In this document: positions 30,501 to 40,975 of the stretch, piece by piece
Numbering within the stretch: the stretch's first letter is position 1
Layout of the letters: the number at the start of each line of letters is the position of its first letter
Virus record (IMG/VR): IMGVR_UViG_3300021962_000124
Coordinates: 1-58,311 of that record
Direction: 5' to 3' (one strand)
DNA: 58,311 nucleotides
Origin: a virus
Taxonomy: Duplodnaviria > Caudoviricetes
Program-made: the position numbers and the translations under genes
Notes under the pieces: model-generated
Database searches by the model: none
Seen by the model: only the letters and a program-made list of their open reading frames with translations
Told to the model about the DNA's origin: nothing

Positions 30501-33500
30501 TATAAACTAATGGAAGATTTGCATACGACAATGGGGAGTCAAAAATAACTGTCGGAGGATTTGTATTTGTGTATCCTATTCCTGGATTTGTAATAGCAAC
30601 ACTAACTACATTTCCACCAATCACAGAAGCTATGCCAACATAGTGGATGCTTGAATTCTCTGTTTTAACTCCTACATTAATAGATGTTTGAATTCCGCTT
30701 CGATAACCAGAACCACTATTTCCAATACTAATAGATTGAATTGTACCTGCAGCGGATACCACTGCAGTTCCTCCAGCAGATACCAAAGGCTGATAACCAA
30801 AACCAGTTGAAGATCCTGTAGATAATATAATTCCTCCTCTAGGAATACTCGCAGTATTTACATCAGAATCTTCTGATACAGTATTTCCCACAAAAGTAAT
30901 AGAAGTAATTCCACTATTTTCGGAAAAATTATATGAACCAACAAAACTAACGGAATTTGGTTCTTGAAGAATACTGTTTATTAGTAAAATACCATTGTCC
31001 GTTGATATTCCAGTAATATTTGATTGATTTGATTTTAATGTAAAGATCGTTCCTATTCCGTTAAATTGCTCAGAAATATCATCAACAATGTAATTTGTAC
31101 TATATGGTTCATTGGTAGTATCTTTTACTCCCGATCTCAAAAATACTCTACCTGAGAAAGAAGAACTTGTTGTTATTCCAACCCAATCAGTTTCATATGG
31201 ATATCTATCATCAGATAAAGGAATTTTTCCATAAGGAGCAGATTCAAAATAAATTCTATTATCTACAATATTATAATCTGCATCAATTTTTCTAACCAAT
31301 GTTGAGGATGAGTGTGTAGATATTCCTGTTCCCAACCAAGGTCTAATAACAGATAATTTATTTGTACTTCCAATACCAACGGAAGCAATCTTCATAATTT
31401 CATCATCAATCTTGACTAAATCTCCAGTTAAGAAATTTTTGGGGTTATTGACATATATTTCATATGCAAAGAAGCTAATATTTTGAGAAAGTAAAGACGT
31501 TGTTGATGTTGATACTATTGGTTGCTGTATTACATTATCAATGCTTATTAAGCACTTATTAATTTCATTTTGTGATTCAAATTTATTACTTCCAGTTCCA
31601 ACAGATGTTAAAGTTAAAACCTCTGGTACTGTCTTAAGTGCATTTTCTGACGAAGATGCAAATCGTATGTCTTGATCATTTAATTTTACAACATATAGAG
31701 TTGGTGGTAATTTATCTGTATTACCTATTCCAGAAATATAAGTTGTAGCTATTCCTATTGGTCCTTCAAAACTAACATAAGAAATTTTTTCTCCTGTTAC
31801 ATAGAAATGATCTTTTAATCTTACTTTGTTTTCATCAATTTTAACTATACTTGTATCACCACCATCAAAATACTTATGGAAAATTGGAGTGTTGTTGTGT
31901 GTTAGATAAAAATCTTTTTTAATATCATTGTGTGTTCCTTTGTATATTCCATAATCATAATTTAATGATCCATTTGTCAGTGATATTTCTTTGTTTTCCT
32001 CTTTTAGTCCCAAATCGACAGCAAATACTTTTACATCAGATTCTATACTTGGATTTGGGGTAAAGTAAATTTTAGTGTTGTTTCCATCAACACCTGAAGT
32101 GATAATGCCCAGGTTTCCATTAGTTTGAACTAGACCAAATTCTGTTGTATATGTTTGCTCTTCATATGATGCCGATATAAATTCAGAAACTTGATAATTT
32201 GAATTTGTCTTATCTTCAATACTGACAACTAAGTATGTTGCGTCATATTTACTATTAGGGAAAGATGATATTATATTAGCAGTTGGAGATCCCGATGATG
32301 CTATTTGAGTTGATGTTGATTTTACTAGACTTCCACCAAGTTCAGTGGATCCAATTCCGGATTTAGATGCATCAGATAAAGAAACTTTGAAAGTATTTAC
32401 AACATAATCAGAAGTGGTTTCTTCATATGGAGTTAGTGAAATTATTACTTGATTATTAGATATCTGTGCATCATAGTAACCTATTCCACTAGATGATTTT
32501 GTCAATAAAGTATTTGTAGTGACTTGTCCATAATCAACAAAATAGACATTAGTACCATCATGTACGTATGTCAGCTCATCAATTTCATAATATGAATCCG
32601 AATCAATTTGAACTAATAATTTGGAAGATCTCAGACTTGTTGAAATGCCTACAATTTCAAAAGAAGAACTAGTTCCACTGGGAATAGTAGTGGTTGCCGT
32701 TCCAACCTCTACCGAGTTACCTAAATTAACATTACCAATGCCGCTGACAATATCATTTAAAGTTAGAGAGAACAACTCTACAGTGTAATCATTGTACTTT
32801 GTTTTAATTGGGTAAAATAGTAGATTGCCTACATTTCCTGTGATGTTAAAATCAAAAGATCCAATATAATCAGAAACATTAATAAAACCATATTGGTTTA
32901 TAAATCCGTTAGTGCCATTGTGTAATAACGTAAGAAGTCCTAACTCTCTTTTATCAAAGAATCTACGATCTTGTACAAATGTTAAATATTTTTTTGATCT
33001 TGTCTTCGATAAATCAAATCTATCAACAACACTAAATTTAGTCACCCTGGGATTGCTGTTAAAATTATCAGAAAAATCATCAATCATTAAAACTTTGTTC
33101 CCTTCAGATTCAATATAATCTTGTATAATTTCTGAATTGAATATTATCTCATCTGATTGAATTAGTTTATCTACGTATAAATTATTTTCTGAACATAAAT
33201 CAAAATCAAAAACGCAATTAGTATCTACAACATTGGAAAAATCAGCTATACCAACAAAATCTCCCCCATTTTGATCAGTATTAATGCCAATATTAGTAAT
33301 ATTTTCTACCTGCAAATCACTAAATTTCTTAAACCCAGCAGTATGATTTAATGCACTTACAGGGTCATTCCAAGTTTCAAAATCTTTTTTAGATTTTAAA
33401 GAGTATGAAAAATATTGATAATAATCACTATCATGCACTCTTTGGAACTGATTATTTAAAAATCCAGTCTCTTTTTTCCACCCCTTTCTATTTTTAGATG

Positions 33501-36500
33501 TGGAATCAATTTTATATTCAGATTCAAATTTTACTACATCTTCAACAATTGCAGTAGAAGCAGATGACTCCCCTATTACTTGATCACCAACTACAAAATT
33601 GTCAAGCGTGGAAATCTTCATATAATCATTGATAGAATTCCAAGATTCTAAAACTCCAACTTTTTGTGAAGTAAGGATATTTTCTCCTTTATAAAAAATA
33701 TTCTTTTTGAGAGTAGATTTAAAAGTTGGGAAATATGATTCTGGAATAATTCTTGCGGAAGAAGAATAAAATTCATTAAAAGATCCGGGAACTTCATCAC
33801 TTCCCAAATATGTTGTAAGATCATAAACAACATTTGCAGGAGTGAGACTTCCTGGACCTCCTCCACCTAATTGAGGATCTACACTTTTTAGAGTGAATAG
33901 TGCATAGTTATAATTTGATGAGTTGTATCCTTTTGCAGTTGTTGTTACTCCAACACTTACACCTTCTATTAATACTTTACTTCCGATTTCAAATGGAAAA
34001 TCTTCAGGGTCACTAAAACTCTTTTCTAAAGAAACAGTAACTTCTTTACTTGAAGAGTTGAAAGAAATATTACTTATCTTAAATCCATTAGAATTATTGA
34101 TTGGTAAAATTTTGGGAGGAATTTCTGATAAATTAGTTGGATTTTTTAAAATAGTTACCTTACTTTCATTTAAAGAAAGTTTTAATTCGACATCTTCAAT
34201 TAAGTTATTGGTAACGCTATCAATGACTATGAGGTTTGGTGAATAATTATAATTTACACCTCTGGAAATTAAATCGATAGTATTAAATGAATATAATGAC
34301 TTTATCTTTAAAATATTTAGGAATGTGGTAGTTGGCCTAATACTATAATCCGAGGAATATTTAAAACCAATATCATACAGACTAGTAGTTTTAACTTCAC
34401 CTATGGTTTTTGTTTCTGGAAGTAAAATTGCACCATCTCCATTAGTAGAAGATATTGATGTTATTCCAGGTAAAACAGAGTATCTTCCAGAGTTTTTCAA
34501 TAAAACATCATGTATTGGTCCTTGTGCAGTCTTGGAATTTGTATAATATTCGACATTATTAGTATATTGATGTTCTTCCGGATAATCTGCAAGATTGTAT
34601 TCGAATGAAGTCGAAGATATTCCAACAACTTCATGCTTTCCATTATACTTACTCTCTAAAAGAATAATATTATTAGCACTAACAACCTCTAAATCCCTTG
34701 CAATTTCTTTTTTAATGCTTGGAGCAGAGTATTTTGGCACTAAGTTATAGTATAAAACATTAGGTGTTTTATCTAAGTATTTTAGAATAACTTTTGCTGT
34801 AGAATCAATACCAATTCTTCCTTCTTGAGTGACTTCAAAAATTTGAGATGATTTAGAACTTTCAAACTCTTTATTAAAGGTAGCATCTTCAAATAGTTTA
34901 AAATCAAACGCAGAATGTGTTGATATTCCCCCAACTCCACCAACATATGATAAAGAAGAATTTGATAGATTAAAAACTAGAGATTGATATCCATTTACTC
35001 TTATTGGTGGGTTTATAGCAGAAATAGTTCCTGAGGTTGATGATGTTATATTAATTTCCTCTGGAATAACTTTTGTTGCTTTATAATAATTTTCTGCTAA
35101 TTTTACTCTATCATTATCTATTGTTATTAGATAATACATTTTATTGTTCTGCAATCCACCAGCAGGAGTGTTTGCTGTGTATAAAACCTTCTGTCCTGTT
35201 ACATAATTATGATTTTTTATGTTAATAATATTTTGTTCGATGTTGATAGTAGAGAATGATCTTGGATTGGCTACAAGTCTTCTATTATAATCATCATATT
35301 GAATATCAACCGATGTGGAAAGACCCGAATTTACATCAATAGTAATTTCATCCTTTAGAGATAGTCCATGAGTTTGTGCTGTAGAAACAGTAACTACGTT
35401 TTTACTTACTTGTCCTCTTAATGTATTTTGGTAGTTTGTTTTAAAACTATGAATTACACCAGAACCAATAGAATTGAAGTATAAAGTTCCACTTGGAGTA
35501 GATCCAACTCCTACAAAAGTTCCTATCGATCCAATACCAACTTTAATAGTTGAAATACCAATCAAATCATTTGAAATTTTTGCAACATAAACTGTTGAAT
35601 TTTCTTGCAATGAAAAAGTGGATGTACCATTAGTTGAAACTCCAAGTGGAGTACCGCCATTGGATGAATATGTTAAAGAATCCCCTGTGTTTAAATTGTG
35701 ATCTTTTACGTAAATAGTTTTTGTTGGAATTTCTAAAATATTCCATTTATTCGCATATGCAACAACTCCTACTCCAGAAAGAGAAGAAGAATCAAAATCA
35801 ATTTTAATAGAAGTTTCTCCTATACCAATAATTTTTTTCTTTGTTGTATTAAATGATACATCAGTGGAATTTACGATGTCAATGTATCCACCGGATTTGT
35901 AGTTATTAATATCTGAAATTTTATTAAAGAACAAGAAGGTTGTTGTTCCTGTTCCAATAGATACTTGACTGTTAAAATCATTAAGATTTACAAAAAATAT
36001 TGAATTGATTCCAACACCAGAAGTAGTTCCCAGTCCAACGGATTCTGAAGGATTAAAATAAATTTCTCTATTAAAATCAAAGTTATAAGAAGTAGAAATT
36101 CCAAAATTTAATTTAAACTTCTTGGGTTTTTCTGTTAAAATTACTCCAGAGGAATGTGCTAATCCAACAGTGCCGTTTTGATTACGAAGAACTCTTATTC
36201 TAGAAGATTTTATATCTATATTTAAAATTTTAACTTCCTCACCCTCAATGCTGTAAATATCATTTTCTTTTACGTTTGGATAACCAAGATTTCCAAATAC
36301 ATTAAAATATGTTACTGTTCCAGTAGAAGCAGTTGAACCAATATCAGAGAATAATACTAACTCATTAGTATCAACATCTATTTTACCTGTTTTCTTGTAA
36401 TCATACTTTCCGGTAAATGTAATTAAATCATTTCCAATATAATTATGTGGGACAGTTGTAAATCCTAAGAAAGTGTTTTCGTATGGATAAAACTCAACAT

Positions 36501-39500
36501 TATCAAATGAAGAGGTAGCAACACTAATACTTGATACTGATTTACCTTGCAATTGAGAAACAACAAACTTTGCATTATTTTCACCAATTCCTTCGGTGAA
36601 AAATACTCTATCACCAATTTTATAATTTGATCCACCTGTCACTATTCCTATAGAATCTACTCCACCAATTGAAGTAGATTTAACCTCAGAATTTTGGGGT
36701 TTTATGTCATTTGAATTAAAAATATATCCATAAGAACTATTTTCACTTAAGAGGTTGTAAGGAGTTGTATTTCTTTTCCAACCTATTTCATTAATATCGA
36801 CAAAATCTTGATTTGAAGAAAATTCAAAATTATAAGATATTGGTTTTGATTTAAAAGTATCTCCTATTGCATATGGGAATGTTGGCTTCTTATAGTTTTT
36901 TACATTAATACCAAAGTCTTCATTTACATCTATGCAAGTAAAATAAGCATAAACCCCATTTGGATATTCTGGAGTTACGCAAAATCTTCCATTATGTTCA
37001 TCCAAATCTCCATTTCCAGTAAATTCATAATCTTCCACAAATATACCCAAAGGATACAATGATGTATCTGGACCATTTTCTCTTGACGTTTTTTTAGAAT
37101 ATCCAGATTTTAATGGTATAATGTTTCCTCCAGTTTTTGTTGAAAATCCATATGGACCGTAGATTGGATTTCCATCATAAGCCCATCCTATTATGGGTGA
37201 ATGTGAATCGGAAATAATTTCATTATTGTTTTCATCAATTTGTAAATCTTTTGAATAAAAAGGTTTTCCATTTAGTGTCTTAACACCTAAAACAATCTTT
37301 CTTAGTTCTCTAGGAGAATACGCATGAGTATATTGTAGTCCATAATTACTATTTGCTCCAGAGTATAAAATTCCATCATCATCTCCTATAATATCTTGTC
37401 TAGAGGAAGATAATAACCTCTCAACAATATTAATTTTCCAAGGAGTTATTTCTGATTCAAATTTAGCACCTTTTCCAGATACATTTACTAATATTGAAGT
37501 ATCTTCTTGTTTATATCCAAGTCCTCCATGAATTATTTTTACATCAGACAACGCACCATTGGAAAAAACAGGAGTTAAAACTGCCCCCGATCCACTACCA
37601 ACTACTTCAATATTGGGTGGGGAATTATATCCATCTCCAGGACTGTTTATAATTACATCTACTATTCTTCCATCAGAAGAAACTATGGGTTGTAATTGTA
37701 TTCCAGATCCAGAGTATAAATCAAATAAAGGTTGTCTATTATGATTTAAAATTTGCTCCGATCCATAGTTATTGCCACCAGACTCTAAAAATACTGATTG
37801 AATTTTTCCTCTAAAAACTGGTTGAATAACCGCATTGAAATTTTGCCCAGATAAAGTTGAAATTCCAATTTTTCCAGTAACAGAGACTTTTATTTCTGGA
37901 TAATTAAATTTATGAACTCCTTCGCCTTTTGATGTAAAATCAATGTACTGCAAAGTATCATAATAAAAAGATTGCACTATTCCCGAAGTTCCTATTCCAA
38001 TTTGAGATAATTTAAATTTATCGTCATCAACTTTAGTGACATAATATGAAGTTGAAGATGATAAACCACCAATGGGAGTTTGTGTTGCATTATAAACTAC
38101 TATTTCTCCACTAGAATATCCATGATTTTTAATTGTTACTGTATCAGTTGCTGTATTAATTCCAACTACTCCAGTAGAAGTAAATTTATTCTGATATCCA
38201 ATTCCTGGATTTTCAACTGTTATTGATGATATTTTTGTTTTCTTGATTTTTGATTTAAAAGAATGATTTCCAACTCCATATGCAGTTAATTGTATTGTAT
38301 TTGTTCCATTCACTGCATCATCGAATGATGGATGCAATTTTACAGTATATTGATCTTGAATAGAAACAAAATAAGAAGAATTTGTCGTTAATCCACTAAC
38401 AGATTGCTGCCCACTTGTTTGGTAAATAACTTCTTCAAAATTTCTAAACTTGTGATATTCTGAAAAAGATATTGTATTAGTTGGATTTAGAGTAACTAAT
38501 TCTGCTTTAGATTGCGAATTGAAAAATACTTCATGATCATAAAGAGATAAATTTGCACGGGCTGACGCTGAGTTTCCATTACCTCCCGATATTGTTATAA
38601 CAGGTTCTTCCAAATAGTCGAATCCTGGATCAATTATGTCAATTCTCTCTAAGGAACCAACTACTGAACATTTTGCAGTAGCTCCAGTTCCTATAGGATC
38701 TACGATGTTTAAGATTGGGGGATTTATAACATCATACCCATCTCCAGGTGCAGTTGTAAATATTCTCTTTATTGGACCATAAAAAACATCATCCTTAGAC
38801 TTATAATTTAATAACTCAACACCATTTACAAAAATACCAATAGGTTTGGAGTGTGGAGTCTGATATATTTTTCCATCATATTGTGAATCAGATATTTTTC
38901 TGAGTAATTTTTGAGATTCTAAAGTTTGTGTATCTAAATTTCTAAAGGTAAATTCTGCATTTTCAAATTTTGAATTTACTGCAGTTCCATCTAATGCAAC
39001 AAAATTATCAGTGAATATGTTATCTTTACTTCTTGCTATTTTTACTTTAGTTTCGCTAATTGTTTTTATAAAATAAACACCAGTTTGTAAACCTAAAGTA
39101 TCATTTTCCGATGGTTTATATACTATTGAGTCTCCAGTATAAAATCCATGTTTTTGTTGAAAATCTATGGTAGTTCCCTTTTTTAAATCATTTTCATCAT
39201 CTGGGGTAAATGTACCACTAAAAGTTATTGATCTATCATTTATTTTTAATCCATCTGATAAGTTATTGTATGATGGAAGAGATGATGAAGCAACGTATAA
39301 AGAATTATCAACATCATCAAAATAAACGTTTTGAACATTTGATAAGTACTTATTGGATTTGGAATAATTTGATGTATTTGTTTTTAATAATTCTTTTTTT
39401 ACAGTGTACTTTAGAGTATCTGATAGAATTGCATCATTTCCAAATTGAACACTAAAAGAAGTTTTATTTGTGAAAGAAATAACCTTTCCACTATATAATT

Positions 39501-40971
39501 CCCCTACTGAAGAAACTAAAGTTGCAATATCTCCAATTCTAAAAACATGCTCATCAAAAGTTTCAATTTCATATGAAAGAGAATTTGAATTATCGTTAGT
39601 GAAAGTAACTTTTGAATTTATGCTTTTAACATTATAAGTTACTGGAATATTAAAGAACCAATTGTTTGATCTTACATCACTTAGTAATTTTCCTAAGTTT
39701 TTAATTTTAATAGTATCGCCTTTGGAGTAAAAAGTTGTTTTATCTGGTATTTCTAAGTCAGAGAGAACGCCAAGGATTCTAATTTTTATATCTTTATCTT
39801 TAGATGATGCAAAAAGATTGCTTTTTACTTGAGTTAATTCTGGTATTTCCTGAGTAATTCCAGAACAACCTAAAAATTGATTTAAAGTTTTTGATTCATA
39901 TTTTATATCTAAAGATGTTCCATTTTCTAAATGAACTACTAAAGATCCATTTTTAACTGGAAAAGATACTGTAGAATCAACTTCTAATGTTTCTGAACCT
40001 ATTTGAGCAGAACTCAATAGTGTTGTTTGTGGATGAATAGAAAACTTACCATAAACAGTTCCGATAGGAACAATATCCTTATCATAATCACTATCTAAAC
40101 TGATAACATAATAATTTTCATTTCCTCTTCGTATTTCTTCTACATTGGTTACTGTTCCCTGTGCTTGATTTATAAATTCGCTTTTTTCTTGATATAGAGT
40201 TCTATTAACAAGATCTGATGGATTTCCTTCAAGTTTTTCTACAACCAAATCTGAAGTTATTCTATACTGTGCGTCAGAAGGTTGGATTAAATAATCTCTT
40301 GGTCTTATTACCTCTACATTTTCTCCATAGAGAGCGCCAAAAAGAATTTTAAACGAATTATCAGTTCCCTTAGAAGAATAAAAATCTATTGCTTGCTTTA
40401 TAAAAACATTCTCATTCAAATCTGAATATAATTCCCTGTATTCAAATCCAGGTGTGATTTGTTTTTTAACTTTTAATAAAAATTCCTTAAGAAATAACAC
40501 ACTAAGATTTGAAACTTTGGTCGGAACTCCATTCAAATCTAGACTAAAATGTTGCTGAGACTCTGTTTCACTAAAAGTTAATTCATCTTTAGTTTTATAA
40601 GAAGTTACGCCACTAAAACCACGAACACATCCTTCAAAAGTTTTAGAAGTTTTTGAAGTATATGTAATGATTTCAGAATCAATCAGAAGAAGTCCATAAG
40701 AATCTGGAAATCCTGCTGTTGATTCGACATTAATAGTAGAATCAAAAAAAGTTACATCTGAACTTAAATTCGTAGAATCTATTAGATTAGTTAAGTTATC
40801 AACCTTGACATACTGATCTATATTTTGAAGTATGTCATTTACGCTGCCATTTGTTTCTAACGCAGTATAATACTGTGATAAAAATTCTGAAACAAGAGGA
40901 AACTCTTCCCTGACGAACTCGGGAAGTTGATTTTCAATTACTGAACTGATTTTGATTCTGGTTTGCGTCAT
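27517..40971 (-). CDS. gp7: Giant baseplate wedge initiator-like protein
   Basis: 4484 aa between gp6 and gp8; NQLPEFVREEFP..FL..YY, FYSSKGT..SF..LF, HSPIIGWAYDGNPIYGPYG...DLDEHNGRFCVTPEYPNGVYAYF, DSDYYQYFSY..HTAGFK. Confidence 0.8.
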   Translation of the reverse strand: MTQTRIKISSVIENQLPEFVREEFPLVSEFLSQYYTALETNGSVNDILQNIDQYVKVDNLTNLIDSTNLSSDVTFFDSTINVESTAGFPDSYGLLLIDSEIITYTSKTSKTFEGCVRGFSGVTSYKTKDELTFSETESQQHFSLDLNGVPTKVSNLSVLFLKEFLLKVKKQITPGFEYRELYSDLNENVFIKQAIDFYSSKGTDNSFKILFGALYGENVEVIRPRDYLIQPSDAQYRITSDLVVEKLEGNPSDLVNRTLYQEKSEFINQAQGTVTNVEEIRRGNENYYVISLDSDYDKDIVPIGTVYGKFSIHPQTTLLSSAQIGSETLEVDSTVSFPVKNGSLVVHLENGTSLDIKYESKTLNQFLGCSGITQEIPELTQVKSNLFASSKDKDIKIRILGVLSDLEIPDKTTFYSKGDTIKIKNLGKLLSDVRSNNWFFNIPVTYNVKSINSKVTFTNDNSNSLSYEIETFDEHVFRIGDIATLVSSVGELYSGKVISFTNKTSFSVQFGNDAILSDTLKYTVKKELLKTNTSNYSKSNKYLSNVQNVYFDDVDNSLYVASSSLPSYNNLSDGLKINDRSITFSGTFTPDDENDLKKGTTIDFQQKHGFYTGDSIVYKPSENDTLGLQTGVYFIKTISETKVKIARSKDNIFTDNFVALDGTAVNSKFENAEFTFRNLDTQTLESQKLLRKISDSQYDGKIYQTPHSKPIGIFVNGVELLNYKSKDDVFYGPIKRIFTTAPGDGYDVINPPILNIVDPIGTGATAKCSVVGSLERIDIIDPGFDYLEEPVITISGGNGNSASARANLSLYDHEVFFNSQSKAELVTLNPTNTISFSEYHKFRNFEEVIYQTSGQQSVSGLTTNSSYFVSIQDQYTVKLHPSFDDAVNGTNTIQLTAYGVGNHSFKSKIKKTKISSITVENPGIGYQNKFTSTGVVGINTATDTVTIKNHGYSSGEIVVYNATQTPIGGLSSSTSYYVTKVDDDKFKLSQIGIGTSGIVQSFYYDTLQYIDFTSKGEGVHKFNYPEIKVSVTGKIGISTLSGQNFNAVIQPVFRGKIQSVFLESGGNNYGSEQILNHNRQPLFDLYSGSGIQLQPIVSSDGRIVDVIINSPGDGYNSPPNIEVVGSGSGAVLTPVFSNGALSDVKIIHGGLGYKQEDTSILVNVSGKGAKFESEITPWKINIVERLLSSSRQDIIGDDDGILYSGANSNYGLQYTHAYSPRELRKIVLGVKTLNGKPFYSKDLQIDENNNEIISDSHSPIIGWAYDGNPIYGPYGFSTKTGGNIIPLKSGYSKKTSRENGPDTSLYPLGIFVEDYEFTGNGDLDEHNGRFCVTPEYPNGVYAYFTCIDVNEDFGINVKNYKKPTFPYAIGDTFKSKPISYNFEFSSNQDFVDINEIGWKRNTTPYNLLSENSSYGYIFNSNDIKPQNSEVKSTSIGGVDSIGIVTGGSNYKIGDRVFFTEGIGENNAKFVVSQLQGKSVSSISVATSSFDNVEFYPYENTFLGFTTVPHNYIGNDLITFTGKYDYKKTGKIDVDTNELVLFSDIGSTASTGTVTYFNVFGNLGYPNVKENDIYSIEGEEVKILNIDIKSSRIRVLRNQNGTVGLAHSSGVILTEKPKKFKLNFGISTSYNFDFNREIYFNPSESVGLGTTSGVGINSIFFVNLNDFNSQVSIGTGTTTFLFFNKISDINNYKSGGYIDIVNSTDVSFNTTKKKIIGIGETSIKIDFDSSSLSGVGVVAYANKWNILEIPTKTIYVKDHNLNTGDSLTYSSNGGTPLGVSTNGTSTFSLQENSTVYVAKISNDLIGISTIKVGIGSIGTFVGVGSTPSGTLYFNSIGSGVIHSFKTNYQNTLRGQVSKNVVTVSTAQTHGLSLKDEITIDVNSGLSTSVDIQYDDYNRRLVANPRSFSTINIEQNIINIKNHNYVTGQKVLYTANTPAGGLQNNKMYYLITIDNDRVKLAENYYKATKVIPEEINITSSTSGTISAINPPIRVNGYQSLVFNLSNSSLSYVGGVGGISTHSAFDFKLFEDATFNKEFESSKSSQIFEVTQEGRIGIDSTAKVILKYLDKTPNVLYYNLVPKYSAPSIKKEIARDLEVVSANNIILLESKYNGKHEVVGISSTSFEYNLADYPEEHQYTNNVEYYTNSKTAQGPIHDVLLKNSGRYSVLPGITSISSTNGDGAILLPETKTIGEVKTTSLYDIGFKYSSDYSIRPTTTFLNILKIKSLYSFNTIDLISRGVNYNYSPNLIVIDSVTNNLIEDVELKLSLNESKVTILKNPTNLSEIPPKILPINNSNGFKISNISFNSSSKEVTVSLEKSFSDPEDFPFEIGSKVLIEGVSVGVTTTAKGYNSSNYNYALFTLKSVDPQLGGGGPGSLTPANVVYDLTTYLGSDEVPGSFNEFYSSSARIIPESYFPTFKSTLKKNIFYKGENILTSQKVGVLESWNSINDYMKISTLDNFVVGDQVIGESSASTAIVEDVVKFESEYKIDSTSKNRKGWKKETGFLNNQFQRVHDSDYYQYFSYSLKSKKDFETWNDPVSALNHTAGFKKFSDLQVENITNIGINTDQNGGDFVGIADFSNVVDTNCVFDFDLCSENNLYVDKLIQSDEIIFNSEIIQDYIESEGNKVLMIDDFSDNFNSNPRVTKFSVVDRFDLSKTRSKKYLTFVQDRRFFDKRELGLLTLLHNGTNGFINQYGFINVSDYIGSFDFNITGNVGNLLFYPIKTKYNDYTVELFSLTLNDIVSGIGNVNLGNSVEVGTATTTIPSGTSSSFEIVGISTSLRSSKLLVQIDSDSYYEIDELTYVHDGTNVYFVDYGQVTTNTLLTKSSSGIGYYDAQISNNQVIISLTPYEETTSDYVVNTFKVSLSDASKSGIGSTELGGSLVKSTSTQIASSGSPTANIISSFPNSKYDATYLVVSIEDKTNSNYQVSEFISASYEEQTYTTEFGLVQTNGNLGIITSGVDGNNTKIYFTPNPSIESDVKVFAVDLGLKEENKEISLTNGSLNYDYGIYKGTHNDIKKDFYLTHNNTPIFHKYFDGGDTSIVKIDENKVRLKDHFYVTGEKISYVSFEGPIGIATTYISGIGNTDKLPPTLYVVKLNDQDIRFASSSENALKTVPEVLTLTSVGTGSNKFESQNEINKCLISIDNVIQQPIVSTSTTSLLSQNISFFAYEIYVNNPKNFLTGDLVKIDDEIMKIASVGIGSTNKLSVIRPWLGTGISTHSSSTLVRKIDADYNIVDNRIYFESAPYGKIPLSDDRYPYETDWVGITTSSSFSGRVFLRSGVKDTTNEPYSTNYIVDDISEQFNGIGTIFTLKSNQSNITGISTDNGILLINSILQEPNSVSFVGSYNFSENSGITSITFVGNTVSEDSDVNTASIPRGGIILSTGSSTGFGYQPLVSAGGTAVVSAAGTIQSISIGNSGSGYRSGIQTSINVGVKTENSSIHYVGIASVIGGNVVSVAITNPGIGYTNTNPPTVIFDSPLSYANLPLVYSSQSQAGVGTGAKVDIVVGQGSSVISFEMKNLGYGYKRGDILTISTGGTLGINTTGSSSFSEFQIIVDEVFNDKISCWTIGRLIVIDHLDNLFDGKRRIFPFSIDGNRVSLEAKKGSNLDLQATLLVFINDVLQVPGKGYTFKRGSRITFSEAPKPGDKSKILFYSGTINVDTKDADILETIKVGDDVKLSSENENLIQDERFVIDIISSDSLQTNLYPGPGVSENISLLRPLKWCRQTDDLFINDKPIGKDRVIYEPYVQPSTNIIETVGIETSTIYVESVKTFFDSREEYVFDGSEKPQNKIILVTQKSLVSASATSTVSSDGIITSINLLDGGSGYTSIPSISVSNPKLIKAEAYAVLSESLGVDNIVITNPGYGYTVAPNVSFSTPEVPLGATATASVTLANYSDAEAISTVNIAIRAEAIASVSDEGTINNIQIVEYGNGYTNAPTITISSSETGDTATAVANIDENGQISTITITYEGSGYIDTPDVTFSDPDISIGIVNNLIIRNTGYGYTSAPTIAISSPVDEFGIYDLGTLPGDATATAVATIDENGQISNVTITNNGYGYTSAPIVTISPVGLNGTIESISVTNIGYGYTVAPTVTISSPIDEFGIYNLSSLPGDATATAIAIINGNGEIDDVIITNRGYGYQQEPSITLSSPSIGSSAVGIASIGVGGTITSITITNPGSNYLNSPILTIDDPKLVSPKFNCVVDFEANITESQLKTIGRFGYSTINPTISKNGSVTEITVENGGYGFDPQNPPIVLIEPPALEYEIIDNVTYSGDFGIIVGYGISTMTKSGMPTLDYNIFDLHIPTDSYLRNSEIVGTAVTLSQIQVNDFFVVKNSNVGFASTGFYTWRNDGTIIGLSTQNADGIYQVNSIETVYKNVPGVGNTHVVRVTSIVESTSGLSTVGFGTTSIFFDSTLYTFDYIGITTFVGGFISTSNYHGEFSWGKITNLKRTNPQIFDSNGFSGITSSASVSRFNRLKYKNYN

Positions 40972-40975
40972 TTGA